Origin: Vicugna vicugna
Lineage: Eukaryota
Length of the DNA: 64,000 nt
Reading direction: 5' to 3'
NCBI GenBank assembly: GCA_013265495.1
Contig: MU057640.1
Span: forward strand, 629,303-693,302
Shown here: piece by piece, positions 1-12,903 of the stretch
How positions within the stretch are numbered: position 1 is the first letter of the stretch
Layout of the letters: each line of letters starts with the position of its first letter
Notes under the pieces: generated by a model
Databases searched by the model: none
Told to the model about the DNA's origin: nothing
The model's input: only the letters and a program-made list of their open reading frames with translations
Position numbers and translations under genes: made by a program

Positions 1-1900
1 GATCAGGAACCAAGTAAGGATGCCCGCAATTTCTATTACTATTTGTCATTATTCTAGAGACATTAGCTAATGCAATTAGACAAGAGAAAGCGATGAGAAG
101 TGTAAGAATGATAACAAAGAAATTTTTTCTCTATTTCATAAACTTTAATAGTATATCTGGGGAACTCTAGAGAATCAATAGTAAAACTAACTCAAACATT
201 AAAGGTAGCAGGATATAAAATTACCACACAAAACTTAATAGCCTTCATATGCACAAATAATAACCAGTTAGATGACATTGTGGTAGAGAAACTCCACTTA
301 CAATAGCAACAAATAAGAAAAACTTAGAAATAAGCTGAACAGTAAATATGTAAAACCTATATGAAGAAAAATTTTAAGTGCTTTTGAAAAGACAGAAATA
401 TATTTGAGCAAATGGAAAGACAGTGTGATCTAGATAGAATGACTCAACATTGTAAAGATCAGTTCTTCCTAAGTTAATTTACACATTTGATTTGAACTCA
501 ATAAAAATACCAACACACTTTTGAATGGAACTAAACAAGTTCATATGGAAAACCAAATATGAAAGAATAGTTAAGAAAACACTGAAAAACAACAAATTAT
601 GAAGGAAGTCTAGCCCTACCAGATGTTAAAACATACTATAAAACCTCTTAAATTAAAACAGTATAGACACAGAGACCAATGGAATGGAATAGAAAACCCG
701 TAAATTGACCCAGTGACATGTAGACATTTAGCATAAAATAAAGGTTGCATTTAAAATTACTGGACCAAAGATGGACATTTTCATGATCAGTGCTGGGACA
801 GTAGGGTGACCATTTGGGAAAAGGTAAAATTAGGTCCATATCTCATGTACTATATCAGAACAGTCATCAAATGGACTGGGGTTATAAATATAAAAAATAA
901 AACCATATTAGCACTAGAAGAAAACATGGGTGACTTCCTCTTTAAACTAAATGTAAGGAAAGATTTTCTGTGACTTAAAATTCAGAAGCAGCAAAAGAAA
1001 ATAGTGACAAATCTGACCATGTAAACATTTGTATAGTAAAAAACCCAATAAAGTCAAAAGACAGCTGACAGGAGAAAATACTTGCAGCACACACAGTGCA
1101 GTATATGTGCAGATTAAGGTGGTAATGTATAATATATAAAGCACTCTTAAAATCTGAGGGACAAGGGACCATAAACCTGATAGCAAACGGGAAAAGGATG
1201 TGAAAAACAGTTCACAAAAGATATAAAAATAACCCTTAAACATTTGGGAAAAAGATGTTTAAACTCACAATTAAATTCAAATTTAAACAAAATTGAGATA
1301 TCACTTTTTACCCATAAAATTGGGGGTGGGGGGAAGGTGACAGTGCATCCTATGGATGAAGCTGTGGGAAAGCTGGCACCCTTATACACTGTCAGTGGGA
1401 TCACAAGATAGTACAACCCTCCTGCAGGGAAATTGAGCAATACCTAGCACAACTACTGTGCACTTACATTTTGACTCATCTACCTCACCTATAGGAATCA
1501 ACCCTAAAGATATAACCACACCACTATGAAAATACGTATGCATGAGGTTACTTAAGGTCACACTGTTGATAATTGCAAAATGCTGGAAATGACCTAAATG
1601 CTCATACACAGAGTGGCTGAATAAGTAAGGGCACTAGGAAGTTTTATGCAGCTATAAAACAACAACAACAAAACCAGGAGGTAGATCTTTATGAATTAAT
1701 ATGGAGAGATTTCCAGGAGAATTTGTTCAATAAAAACAAAAGCAAAGTAAAAACAGTATCTGTATCTATAGTATGCTGCCATTCTTATAAGACAGGCATA
1801 AGAAAATAGACATATGTCTGTTTACTTGTGTAAAAGAAACACAGGAAAGATAAACAAGAAACTAAAGAGCTTAGTTATCTACAGGGTGGGTAGGAATGGG
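1..1900 (+). mobile_element. Old, heavily decayed LINE-1 (L1M-type) ORF2/3' portion in DPF3 intron
   Basis: Bases 1-90 resemble the L1 RT segment (SGTRQGCP...LANAIRQEK-like); A-rich + strand with many stops and frameshifts; ORF2-like text continues to ~1.7 kb. Boundaries approximate. Confidence 0.8.
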
Positions 1901-2299
1901 GTACAAAGAATGGGGAAAGGGGTTGGATAGTAGGGATGGGTGGGGGAGGGGTGACACTTCTCTGAAAACGCCTTTTTGTGCAGCTCTGACTCTTAGAACC
2001 AAGATGTCATTTTACATGCCTGCCAATAGATAAATACAGAAATTCAACCAGGGTGTGGGAACCAAAAATGGACTTGACTGTAGTATAAATAGTAACATAA
2101 CCATACTTAAAGGTAGGGAAGGAAAGAACTCACCTAGGTAACTTAGGAAAGCAGTATTTGTGTATTTTAAGGCTAAAGACAGAAATAACTATGCAAGTAT
2201 TATCCTCTAGCTAGTAAATTTGTTTTTCACGGGCATGTGAGTTAGTCATCCTGAAACTACTTCATGTGTCTGCAGGTCTGAACTGATAACCGCATATTG

Positions 2300-2592
2300 G
2301 TTGTTTTTTTCATTTTTACAAAATTGAAATATAGTCAGTTTACAATGTTGTGTCAATTTCTGGTGCACAGTGTAATAGTTCAGGTATACATATACATACA
2401 TATATTCTTTTTCATTATGTTACTATAAAATATTGACTAAACCTCCCTGTTCTATACAGTAGAAACTTGTTTATCTATTTTATATACAGTAGTTAGTATC
2501 TTCAAATCTCAAACTCTCAGTTTTATCCCTTCCTACCACTTTCCCCCACTGGTAATAAGTTTGTTTCCTATATCTGTGAGTCAGTTTCTGGG
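2300..2592 (-). mobile_element. 5'-truncated L1 3' end nested in older L1
   Basis: T-rich start then attgaaatatagtcagtttacaatgttgtg...; flanked by imperfect TSD taaccgcatattg (2287-2299) / taactgtatattg (2593-2605). Confidence 0.75.
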
Positions 2593-2817
2593 TAACTGTA
2601 TATTGTGAATAATGAAAGCCAGGTTTCTCAATGTTAAAGAAAGAATAATCAAATAAAGGGGGGAGGCTAGACTGAACTCTGCTGTGTTGGGTTAGAATGG
2701 GGGGTATCAGTATGAAATTTATGTTTTTAAATATAATGTATTATGTATATATGTAGTTACATATTATTTATCTATAGCTATTTATATGTATACACACATA
2801 TGGATAGATTCAGAAAT

Positions 2818-2884
2818 TTATTTATTTTTATATTAAAGTATAGTTGATTTACAATGTTGTGTTAATTTCTGGTGTACAGCATAG
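2818..2884 (-). mobile_element. Very short (67 bp) L1 3'-end insertion
   Basis: ttattt...aaagtatagttgatttacaatgttgtgttaatttctggtgtacagcatag between direct repeats tcagaaat (2810-2817, 2885-2892). Confidence 0.7.
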
Positions 2885-4129
2885 TCAGAAATAAATACAG
2901 ATGTGTGCATGTGTACCTACACGTACATTTATTTGCTAACTCTGTTAGGAAGCTAGAAGAAATGACAACCCAGAAGCAATGAGGACTCATATCACCCAAA
3001 TATTGGTTTCTAAATACCATTCTCCAATAAAAGGAACCAGGGATTCTTGGAGAAATGGCTGATGCCAGGGCTGGAGCTGGGAAAATAAAAGAGGAAGCTG
3101 GAGCATTCTCTGGTACTAGAAAGTAAGGAAGTGCAAAAAAAAAAAAAATCATAGAGCATCTCTAAAGGGCAGAGAACCAACTTGAAGGAACTCCTAGTGG
3201 CCAATCTGGGACAGATTGAGCAACAAGGTAAATAATTATAGTATTGGATTATAGCCCAAAGAACAAAATAAATGTTCATACTAATGTGTTAAAAATTGAA
3301 TAAGAGAATGAATGACTGAATGCAGAAGAGGTGAACTCTTCCTTAGAGCAGAATTTCAGTTATTAAATGCAGAGCCTTAGAGGAAGAGGGACATCAGCAA
3401 TAGGCAAGTATCATCATTATGGTTACTGTAAGTAAGAATCATCAACTTGATATTAACATTAGTGGGCAAAAGTATGGTAAGAAATAGAATATTTGCTTGA
3501 CCTCAACATATCCTCTCTCCCCAGATTATTTGTTAAAATATTACAAAGGGAAAAAATCATAACTTTACACTGGAGAAACTGGGAGACACTACACTACTTT
3601 AACTATATGATCAGAGTAACATTACTACTATAGTAATATGACACATTGATATCCATGCCCCCTCGTACGATGCACTGAGAAGGCATAACATCTGTTTTGT
3701 AGTATTACTGCCAAAAATGCATACCCTCAATCTTCTTGTGGAAAGAAAGATCAGACAAACTCACACTGAGTCACATTCTACAAAATCACTGGCCTGGTCT
3801 CTTCAAAAGTCTCAGGATCATGAAAGACAAAGAAACCAAGAAACTGTTATGGATTCAAAGACACTAAGGAAACCTGACAACTAACTGCAGTGTAGGATCC
3901 TGGATTGAATCCTGGGGAAATCTGGTAAAATTCAAATGAGGCGAGGTCCGCAAGTTACTCAGTAGTGTCGTGCTAATGGTAACGGTGACTTCTTGTTTTT
4001 CATGATGGTACCACGGTAATATAAGATGTTCATATTAGGGGAAGCTCAGTAAAGAGTGTGTAGAAATTCTGTACCATTTTTGCAACTTTTCTCTAAGATA
4101 AAATTATTTCAATATAATCAATTAAAAAA

Positions 4130-5360
4130 TGATAGGATGTTTCCCTAGCGTCCTACAAAAGTGTCAGTTTAAAAAAAATGTATAAACTCAAGGATTTAAA
4201 CATACTTGATTTGTCTCAATCCATTACAGTTAAAATTGTCCCATCTTTGGGCAGTGGGAGCACAATCAGGTTGGATCCTGAGTCCTTTTGACATGACCTC
4301 AATAGTATTTGATAATTTCCTTGCTTTCCAATATGTAAAGATACTTAGACATTTCATATTCCAGACTTGGAGTCAGCCATTTCTCCAAGGACTCCTGGTT
4401 CCTTTTAGTGGACAATGGTCTTTAGAGGACATAATACGGGTGCTGGGAGGGTAATCTTTACTGAATTAGTCGCTGTTTGGAGACATTTTCAATGGACAGA
4501 GCTAGAAAATATGTTTTGGTTGTTTTAAAGATAAAATACACCATGAATTTATATTGATATTTCAGCTCATACCCTGAACTAACTATAGGGTTTTTACTTA
4601 ACTTTATCATTCTTACATCTGTATTTTCTTTTAACCATGTCAGAATTTTTGCTTTTCAATACTAATTTAATCACTCATTTGATGCACACAAAAAACAGTA
4701 TCAATTCCACTATTAATGGTAACAATATGATTGCTGGAAAGAAATATATGTGTGTGTATATATATGTGCATATTTGCACTTATTTTTGTCCTTAGGATAT
4801 ATTCAGCTTAGGATGTACAGTCAAACTACTTGTTTTAAAATCTCTTGGAAAAATTTCTTTCTGTGTGGTTATGCCACCAACTTACACATAATCAGGTTCA
4901 TTTATTTCATTTTTCTTTGGTTTCTTAGTGACAATTACAATGTGAACTTTGCTTTATAACCATGCAAAATACTTACTGGTTCCAGAATCAAATCTATAAA
5001 ATAAACAGTATATTCAAGGAAATCTATCCCTACCTCTTTCACACTTTGCTTATAGGGCCATTTAAAAAAATATATGGTTTACCTTTCTATTTTTGTTTAA
5101 ATGCAAACATGTGTATGCGCACATGAATCTGTGAGACAATGGATTCATTTCCTTAGAAAATGGTAAAAAGACATACGTGTTTTCTTCACTTTGCTTTTTC
5201 ACTGAATATCCTGGAGATTAGTCCACAGCACTATATAGACATCGTCTTCATTGCTTCCTCCAGTTGCACAGTTCTTCATTAGTTTATTCAACCCGTCCTT
5301 TATTGATGGACATTTGGGTTGATTCTGGTCTTTGGCTTTATAAATAGTGTTAATGCAGTT
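4130..5360 (-). mobile_element. Old L1 fragments, antisense
   Basis: 4300-4500 resembles the reverse complement of the L1 3' text at ~2990-3200 (cagccatttctccaagg...cctggttcctttta); 5190-5360 is typical antisense L1 (gatggacatttgggtt). Confidence 0.55.
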
Positions 5361-5879
5361 TTTCATTGACTTGGCAGAGCCTTAGAGGAGGAATCAAGGA
5401 GTGAAGCTGTTTGGGCAACAGGGTTCCTCTCACATAGCCAGGGATTTACCCTACGCAGCCCAGAATGGGATTCCCACTCTACGGGAACTACAGCCATAGG
5501 TGAATCCTGGTTCTTGAATACTTGGGAGTAAGAGATCCTCAAATTGTGTTTCTCATGGGAGTCAGCATGAGCTGGGGGTTCTTGCTGGTTTAGGCAGGCA
5601 ATTATCCTGAGAGGTAAATGGAAAAGAAGAGAGAGTGGAGCTAGACAATGATCAACCCATGAAAGATGCATTTAAACCCACAGATGCCTTGGTTTCCCTT
5701 TGGAAAAATCCAATCTAAGATATTCTATCTTCCTGTATTTTCTGTGTCATCACTAGAGGAGGAGTTATCAGTGTCCTCAGTGACATCAGTAATACTGTTT
5801 CTGACAAGTCTCTCCCCGTTTTCTGTCCCTATTCTAACTTGTTTCTCCTCACATTATCCCTAAATCACCTCACTTCAGC

Positions 5880-6750
5880 TCCAACAATAATGGTATGACT
5901 CTTTTGGAATAAAACACACTGTCCTGGCTTTCATCCTACCTTTCTACCTGCTGCTTCCTAGTCTTTTTTTTTGGTCTGTCTGTCCCTTAACTTTAGTGTT
6001 CCCCATGCATCTGTTCTTGGTCTTCTCCTCAGTAACTTTTTTGAGTCCTTGATTTTTGAGAAAATTCAATGAAAGCTATGGATTTACCCTTTCCTCAGAA
6101 AAATGTGTGTTTGTACTTACACATAAAGCTGTGTATATAATTTCAAAGAGTTCATGAACACCTCTCCATGAGTACAAGTTCAAAGGCATCAGCTCTCACA
6201 TACTCTGGGCTTCCTCTCTAGGACCTCCACTGCCATCAAATCACCAGTCCACATCTCAAGTCCAGGCCTCTCTCCTGATCTCCAGCTGCCTCCAGGGCAT
6301 CCTCACAAGGGGATCCGTAGATCTGCAGAATGTATTTATAGCTGAGGTGGCCTTCTGCTTCTCACAGGTCTGCTCCTCTGCCCACGTCTCAGTGGGTGGT
6401 GACATTATCTGGCTTGCTGACTGAGCCACAACCCAGGAGACAGTCTTGATTTTTTCCGATATCACTCTCTACATCTAAAGCAAACCCCTTTTCTTTCCCC
6501 CACGCCACAACCCTAGTTCTGCCCGCCATCATGAGTTATCTCTTACCTGAATGACCATCGTAGCCTCCTAAGTGGTCTTCTGGTTTCAAGAACCAGTCTC
6601 TCTCCACCCGAGTCTCTGTTCTTACACAGTAGCTAGTGAGACTTTTCTAAATTACAAGTCTGACCATGTTACTCCTCTGTTGCTAATTCTGAAAGCTTCC
6701 CATTGTCCCACTGGAAGGTCTTAATATGATTAAAAAAAAAAAAAAGTCTT
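5880..6750 (+). mobile_element. L2 LINE fragments
   Basis: L2-like pyrimidine-rich motifs (ctccagctgcctcc, caagtctgaccatgttactcctctg). Approximate. Confidence 0.55.
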
Positions 6751-7099
6751 TCAAGATCGCTCCTACCTCTTTGCTTGCTCATGGGGGTTTCCAACTTCTA
6801 TATCTACTTTTTCCAGGATCTCTGCACTGGTAGGAGCCAAGGTGAAATTTGATACAAAACTTAATTTTGCAGGCATCTTGTAAGCCATCCAAGCGAGTCC
6901 AAAGATCACTAATAGAACAGGGCTAAACCTGGAGAATGGGGACCAGATTACAAACAATTATTGAGTAGCTACTATGTGTGAGGAAATTCTGAAGGAGATG
7001 CGGAAATGAGTAAGACAAGTTTCTACCCCGAGGGCACTGCAATCCAAAAAAGGACCAGACAAAAGAGGCATTTTCCAAATGGACTGTGTGTGATGTCTG

Positions 7100-7950
7100 C
7101 CACATGCCAGGCTTTGCAGCATAAAGGAAAGTGCAATTAAGTGTCGTAAGAAAGAGAAGTACTATGAGGAAGCAAGAGGGGACAGAGACCTTCCATTTGA
7201 GGTGGATTAGTGAAATCTTTGTAGAAGAGAAGTGTTTGAAGACTTGAAGGGTAGGTATGGAATGGTCCAGAAGTGAAGGGGTCAGGGACTGGGAGAGACT
7301 CCAGGCAGAGGGAACTGCAGGAGCAAAGGTGCAAACTATGTCCTTGGAAGTTAGCCACAGCACTGGAGGGTCCTGTCTCAGATGCGCTCTAGCCCATGAG
7401 GAAGCTTTTGGGAGCCGAAAGGTGATCTCGTATTGCTTACATTTCTCTACAGTCACATAATGAAACCCTGAAAAGGTTCTGAAGTGTCAGGCTGTTACCA
7501 TCAAGTATGGTTGTTGTCCATTTCACAAATAGAAAGAGTGAGGTTCAGGGAAATTCAATTAAAATTTGCAAACATTTGAAGTATTTTCTACGCACTAGGC
7601 AATCATCACGGGGATACAGAAATGCATGAAACTGGTTTTCCATCCTAACAGAAGCAGAGTTATTGGCTATGAGAGTTCAGAAGAATTAGGAGTCCTTTTA
7701 AGCTTGGTTGTGAGGTGGTGGTCAAGGAGGGCTTCTTGGAGGAGCTATGATTTGAGCAGAACCCTGAAGTAGGGGTACAGTTTGCATTGTTCGGGAGACA
7801 GAGGGGGAAATTCCAGGTGTGGGCAAAGTGCAAGGCCTGATCAGGGGATGATAAGGACTCCAAATGGGGCCTGGAAAGGAGCATCCAGAGAGGTTGATCA
7901 ATGGAAATAAGGCCAGAGGAATAGGTGGGGGCCAGATGTTGGTTCTAAAT
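7100..7950 (-). mobile_element. L2 (and MIR) fragments
   Basis: Antisense L2 motifs (ccaggcagagggaactgc...caaagg; caaggagggcttcttggaggag; ggggccagat). Confidence 0.5.
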
Positions 7951-7993
7951 AATCCAGTCTTTCCTCCTTTCCACCTGCCCTGTATTCCACCAG

Positions 7994-8075
7994 GACCAGC
8001 TCCTCTTCTGCGACGACTGTGACCGCGGCTATCACATGTACTGTTTAAATCCCCCAGTGGCTGAGCCCCCGGAAG
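7994..8075 (+). CDS. DPF3: DPF3 (BAF45C) penultimate coding exon, PHD finger 2: [27 protein letters not shown](G)
   Basis: 82-nt exon after a polypyrimidine tract and ccag acceptor (7990-7993), donor G|gtaatg at 8075/8076; translation is the D4-family PHD2 motif, and [11 protein letters not shown] matches DPF3 as recalled. Confidence 0.97.
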
Positions 8076-8096
8076 GTAATGACGGTGAGGCCGACA

Positions 8097-8250
8097 ATAA
8101 CAACAGCTACCACTGCTACTTACTGAGCGCTCACTAAGGTGCAGGCCTTGTGCTAAGGGCTTTACATGTCTAATCTCACTTAATCACCATAACCCTACGA
8201 GGTAGGTATGACGACTACCATTTCACAGGTGAAGAAACTGAGGCACAGTG
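8097..8250 (-). mobile_element. MIR SINE in last DPF3 intron
   Basis: aataa...ttactgagcgctcacta...ccatttcacaggtgaagaaactgaggcacag, the antisense MIR core. Confidence 0.85.
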
Positions 8251-8621
8251 CAAGCAGCTGACATTTCATCTTGAGGGCCGAGGAGAGGCTTACCCCAGAC
8301 ATATGGCTGAGGTGCTGAGGGAGGTGTGAGATTCCAGGGAAACTGGTCCAGACCCGGTGATGCTGGTTAAGAGGCTCAACCAGGGAGGGAGGGTCTTTCC
8401 AACAGTTCAGCCAATCATCTTCCAGCCATCTAGACTTCCTGTTGTCTGAGCAGCATTACTCTCTGCTGAGCGACAGACTCCAGTGTGTTTTCAGGACCGG
8501 AACTCAGTCTCTGAATCGTGAAAGTCCAAATCAAACAGGGCTTACAAAAAGTTGAGGGCCACGGGATGGGGCTTGGGGGCTGGGGGAGGGGCTGCTTGTA
8601 ATGCCATCTCCTTTCTCGTAG

Positions 8622-8692
8622 GGAGCTGGAGCTGCCACTTATGCTGGGAACTACTCAAAGAAAAAGCCTCAGCCTTCGGCTGCCAGGCCTAG
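8622..8692 (+). CDS. DPF3: DPF3 last coding exon (DPF3b C-terminus): (G)SWSCHLCWELLKEKASAFGCQA*
   Basis: Acceptor ctcctttctcgtag ends at 8621; phase 1 joins the previous exon in frame (G+GG); stop TAG 8690-8692; completes PHD2. Confidence 0.97.
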
Positions 8693-9939
8693 GACCCCAG
8701 GTCACAGGATGTGACTTGAGTTGGAGAGGCTGAACCAGAGTCCAGTTCAAACCAGATCGAGCCCCTACTCTCATATATCCAGACAGGCCGCCTGTAAGGA
8801 ACATCAGGAACCACAGAGGGCGTGGACACGTGGAACCAAGAGGGCGAGGTAGCTACGTACCTCCTACATGCAGGTTTTGGTACTTCTGCCAGCCCCTCCT
8901 TGTTTCTGCCAGAAAGATGGTAAACTTTTGGAGAACTGCCCCAGCCACAGCCCTGTGGAACCCCTTCATGTTTATCCCAGCGCTCCGGCCACTGGTCGCA
9001 TTTTGTGAGCACCCATCAGTCTTTCGCGTGTAGTTTGGTGTTTTCTATCTATTGTGTTCCAAGAAATCTGCACAGCCTCGCTGCCCCCAGTTCGGTCTCT
9101 TCATCTTGAACTCAGCAGGGGAAGAAAAGGCTGTGGAGACGTTTTTATTTATTACAAGCCTCCCTGGGAACTTCTAGACTCGGAGTCTGGAGGCCATCTA
9201 GATGACGGAGTCCTGAAATCCCTCCTCATTCCTTGGTCTCTGTGAAGAGGAAGAGCTGCTTTCCGGACCCCCAGCAGATATCCCGTGGCGTCCACAGCCA
9301 GGGTGGTCTCTTGATGGGGCTGGGGTGGGGGAGCCCGGAGGTGTGGGTGGAAATGTTGTGAAGACAGTTCTGAGGGCCCACCACAGCCAGTCAGTATTTG
9401 CTGTCCATCGGAAGTGGCTTTGGCAGGACCAGACCTTCAGAGCTGGGGCATCCTCGAGGAGAGACAGGCCACAGCCTAGGGCTAAGACTCTACCTTCCAC
9501 CCAGCCTGGTTCTGGAGCTTTCCCTGGTGGGACTCAAGAACCCGGAAGGTGAGTGAAGGCTGCCAGGTCAAGAATCTGAATGCTGGTACCAAGGACTGCA
9601 GGTCCAAGAAACCCTTCAGTGTTGCTGTGACACCAATTCCTTTTCCCACGTAATTCCTTCCTTTCACGTAGCTTATGTCTGCCGTAGTCCACTGAGACCT
9701 GATTCTGGAAATTCCAGGATGAGGGAGAGATGGTTGTTCCCTAAGCAAATAATTGGGGTGATGTGATTGTTTGTGACCCGGGTGACAAGCAGGCAGAACC
9801 TTCAGCTCGAAGACTTCTCTTGTCACCTCAATTCCTCAATACATGCTGGATTCTCTTTTTGAAAAAACGTTTCGAGAAGACAGAAGTGGGGAGGCTCAGA
9901 TTCCGAGAAGTCTGTGTTGGAAGTCAGCCCCGTGGGCTG

Positions 9940-10400
9940 GAGCGAACCGGGCTGCCTTTGAATCACCGCAGCAGTGGCAACAGCAGCAGCACAAGAACGG
10001 ACACGTTTCTGGAAAAATCATTTGCCCAAAGGGCAGGTCTCGGTGAGCGGGACCCTCGCGCATGCTCGGCTTCCCTGAAATCAGCTCCTTCGCTGTGGTC
10101 CGCCGGCTTCCAACAAAGGCCCGGGTTATTTTTAGTCCTTCGGCTCCTGAAGAAGCCCCTGGAGGCGCAGAGGCTCGGGCCGGTGGGGCCGCTTCTGCCC
10201 GGCTGCTGCGTTCGGCCGCGACTTGGCAAGACCTTCCTTCCCGGCTAATTGCCCTCGGCCAGCGGACCCGGGGCAGCCTGGCGCGGAGCCGAGCCCTATC
10301 GGTCTCCCTCAGTCCTTTGCAGGGTGACCTGTGGCGGGAGATGGGGGCCACCCGCCCCCCTGCAGGGGCCTGTGGCCTCCGAGGGAGTTCCGAGCATGCA
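9940..10400. other. CpG-rich GC island-like segment
   Basis: Visibly dense CpGs (gcgggaccctcgcg, cggccgcg, ggcgcggagccg) against a CpG-poor background; obs/exp not computed. Confidence 0.55.
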
Positions 10401-11264
10401 TGATGATCTGTTTTAAAGGGCCCAGCCAGATGGGATTTTCATCTTCCTCATAAGCTATTTCCTTCCCCCTGCTGGTTGCTGAACTCTTTGGATTCTGGAG
10501 GCCCAGGGAGGGTTTGGGAAGTTGCCCTGTGGTCACGTCTTCCGTTTACTGGGGAGGGTCATGTTAGAGGGGCAGATTTCCTCTCCTGACTGCTCTGGCT
10601 CTCTGTCCTCCCACAGAGCCCAAAGTGGGCGTCCTCAAAGGCTGGTTATTGGTTTTGAAAAATCACTTTGATTTAATTTTAGGAAAAAAGTCATCAGAAT
10701 GTTCTCAAAAGCCACAAATGGCTTAAAAGTTTAAAAAAAAAAAAGTCAAATCTGAAACCAAAACGATAGCCCTACATGTGACAGACCCTCTTTGGAGTGT
10801 GTGCAGATCTGTTCTCCACCTCAAAGCAGATAATGGGGTGGCCCTCTCCTCTCTCCAGCCACACCTGCTGCCACAGAAGCCATGAGGGTGAGATTGGGTC
10901 TCTCAGACCTAGGAGGGAGATGTAACCTCCTGCAGGGGTGAGGGTGGCTGGTCTCTGGACTAGACATTGAGGAGGCCCAGAGTTCCCTTCCTAGTTTCAC
11001 TCCCTGCAGGATGGGCCCAACCCCTTCCTCTTTGGAGACCTCAGTTTCCCCATCTGGAAAGTGGGGACAGCAAAGCCAGCTTCTGGGATTGCAGTTGCAG
11101 GGTCCTGCAAGCAAACAAAAGTCAAAGTCACATTGTCACTTTCTGTATTGAAAAAAGAAAGGTGCTGGTCAACTTAAAATTGCTTTCTTTGAGCCCCAGA
11201 GAATGAGCCAGAATCACAGAGTGCACATGGATGGTCAGGGTTTTTGCCCCTGCCATTGAATTGA

Positions 11265-11340
11265 GCAGCTGTGTGACCTGAGGCAAGTCACTTAACATCT
11301 CTGTGCCTCAGCGTGCCCATCTGTGAAATGGAGATAAGAC
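11265..11340 (+). mobile_element. MIR fragment
   Basis: gctgtgtgacctgaggcaagtcacttaacatctctgtgcctcag...catctgtgaaatggagataa is the MIR core. Confidence 0.85.
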
Positions 11341-12868
11341 TTGTCCTGTTTGTCCCACGGTGACACTGGGAGTTTTAAGAATCATAATGTTATATAACTG
11401 GTCACTGGAGAGCGGGGCTTGTCAGGGAGGGACCCCAAATGATTTCTGTACCCTTTTTCTTATGTGAGTTAGCCAAGGTTAGACACCTTGGACTCTCCAT
11501 TTTGTCCAGAGGGGATTTTTATTTTAAGGGCAAGGCTGCCTGTGGTCAGGACCACTAGGTCAAGCTGTGACGAGAAAACCGTGGCTGTGCATGGGGCTGT
11601 GGTGGAAAGTGAGGGGTTTACCCTGGGGCTGGGACCCTCAGAATGGGCATACTTGAGCTACTCCCATCTATAAGGTCAGTGCAGCCCAGAATGGTGTGCT
11701 AACTTCTGGAGAGGGCTGTAATTCGGTTCAGTGTAACATTTGCTTAAAAACTTTGGTTTACCTGGAGATAATGATGCTCTTGCCTCAAATCCTGGGAACA
11801 GCCAGGGTGCCTTTGTTCTGTTTCACCCTGATATTGTGACTCCCGCCAACTAGAGAGGAGGTGAGGCTGCAGGATCCAAGCCGGAAGTTGAAACCCTCCA
11901 TTTCCTGTGAACATTGCTTTTGGGTCCTGCAGCAAATCCAGTGCAGGCACCGTGGTGAGGAATTGGAGACAAGGCTCCTGCTAGGAGATTTACCTTCTGG
12001 CTTTCCTTCTCAACCTCCCACTGACTCAGAGCCCCTAGGCAGGAGCCAGCAGGTCCCAAGGCTCCCCTGCTCCTGTCATTTCCCCGGGGCCAGGTAGGAA
12101 GCCCTGGCAGCCTGGGAGAGCAGCTGCTTCCCCAGGCTCAGCTCAGTCTGTCTGGAACCACGGAGGAAGGGAGGGGGAGAGGCCACATTCCTTCAGAGCT
12201 GGGGAAGATAACAGATTTTGAGGTTGGGGGAGGGTTTGGGTTTCATAGTGATGGTTTCATGATACCCTGGAGAGTTACACTCCTGGTGCATCTTAGTCTT
12301 TGTGCTCTGAACACAGTACAATTCCTTTTGGCCCTTTCCTTAAAAAGTTCAGATCTTTTAAGGAAGAAAAATGAGATGATGATGATTACTTTTCTTACGG
12401 GGGCAAGTTTAGGAGACAGACCTGTGCTCTTGAAGGATTACAGGCAACCTCAGGCTTCAAGACTCAGAGAAGAGGGACCCCTAGTTTCCTCTTTGAGTCC
12501 ATGTGTTGGGGGTGGGTGGGAAACGCAGGGGATTGTCTTCCCTGCCCTCCATGCGGTTCTCAGCATGCATGCAGGTCCTGGGACAGCAGCCTCCCTTCCT
12601 CTCTTGCCACCCTCTCCCCCCATACTCTCCCCTGCTGCCCACTGTGGCCCCTCCCCCAGGTGTGACTGTGTCCCTACCCAAGGGAGACTACAGCTCCCTG
12701 GGCCAAGGCCATGCTCACACTCCCAGTGCGCATGCCCAGACCACTGCGTCTGCCTGCTTTTCAGAGCTGGGTGTCAGTGTCACCTGTAATAGGGTCACAT
12801 CTCTGGAGAGGGAGGGAGAAAGGGGCAGCCCTGAGGAAGGAGTGGGCGGGTCAAAGATTTTTCACGTC

Positions 12869-12903
12869 AGGCAAAGTGAAATGAAGGCAAAGTGAAATGA
12901 AGG
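12869..12903 (+). repeat. 16-bp tandem duplication (aggcaaagtgaaatga x2 + agg)
   Basis: Exact direct repeat read from the sequence. Confidence 0.9.

Larger units (their letters stand above)
2050..4130 (+). mobile_element. Old L1 (L1MC/L1MD-like) 3' region, interrupted by younger L1 ends
   Basis: Resembles old L1 3' UTR text, ending ...tgcaacttttctctaagataaaattatttcaa plus A-rich tail near 4080-4130; subfamily by recall only. Confidence 0.6.

Noticed and set aside
648..1609. Cluster of minus-strand hydrophobic ORFs
   Set aside because: Antisense translations of decayed L1.
8689..9012. Antisense ORF next to the DPF3 stop as a possible distal RGS6 exon
   Set aside because: No convincing splice signals or recognisable peptide.
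9763..10403. Overlapping 113-161 aa ORFs on both strands
   Set aside because: Explained by stop-codon depletion in a GC/CpG-rich patch; no family similarity.
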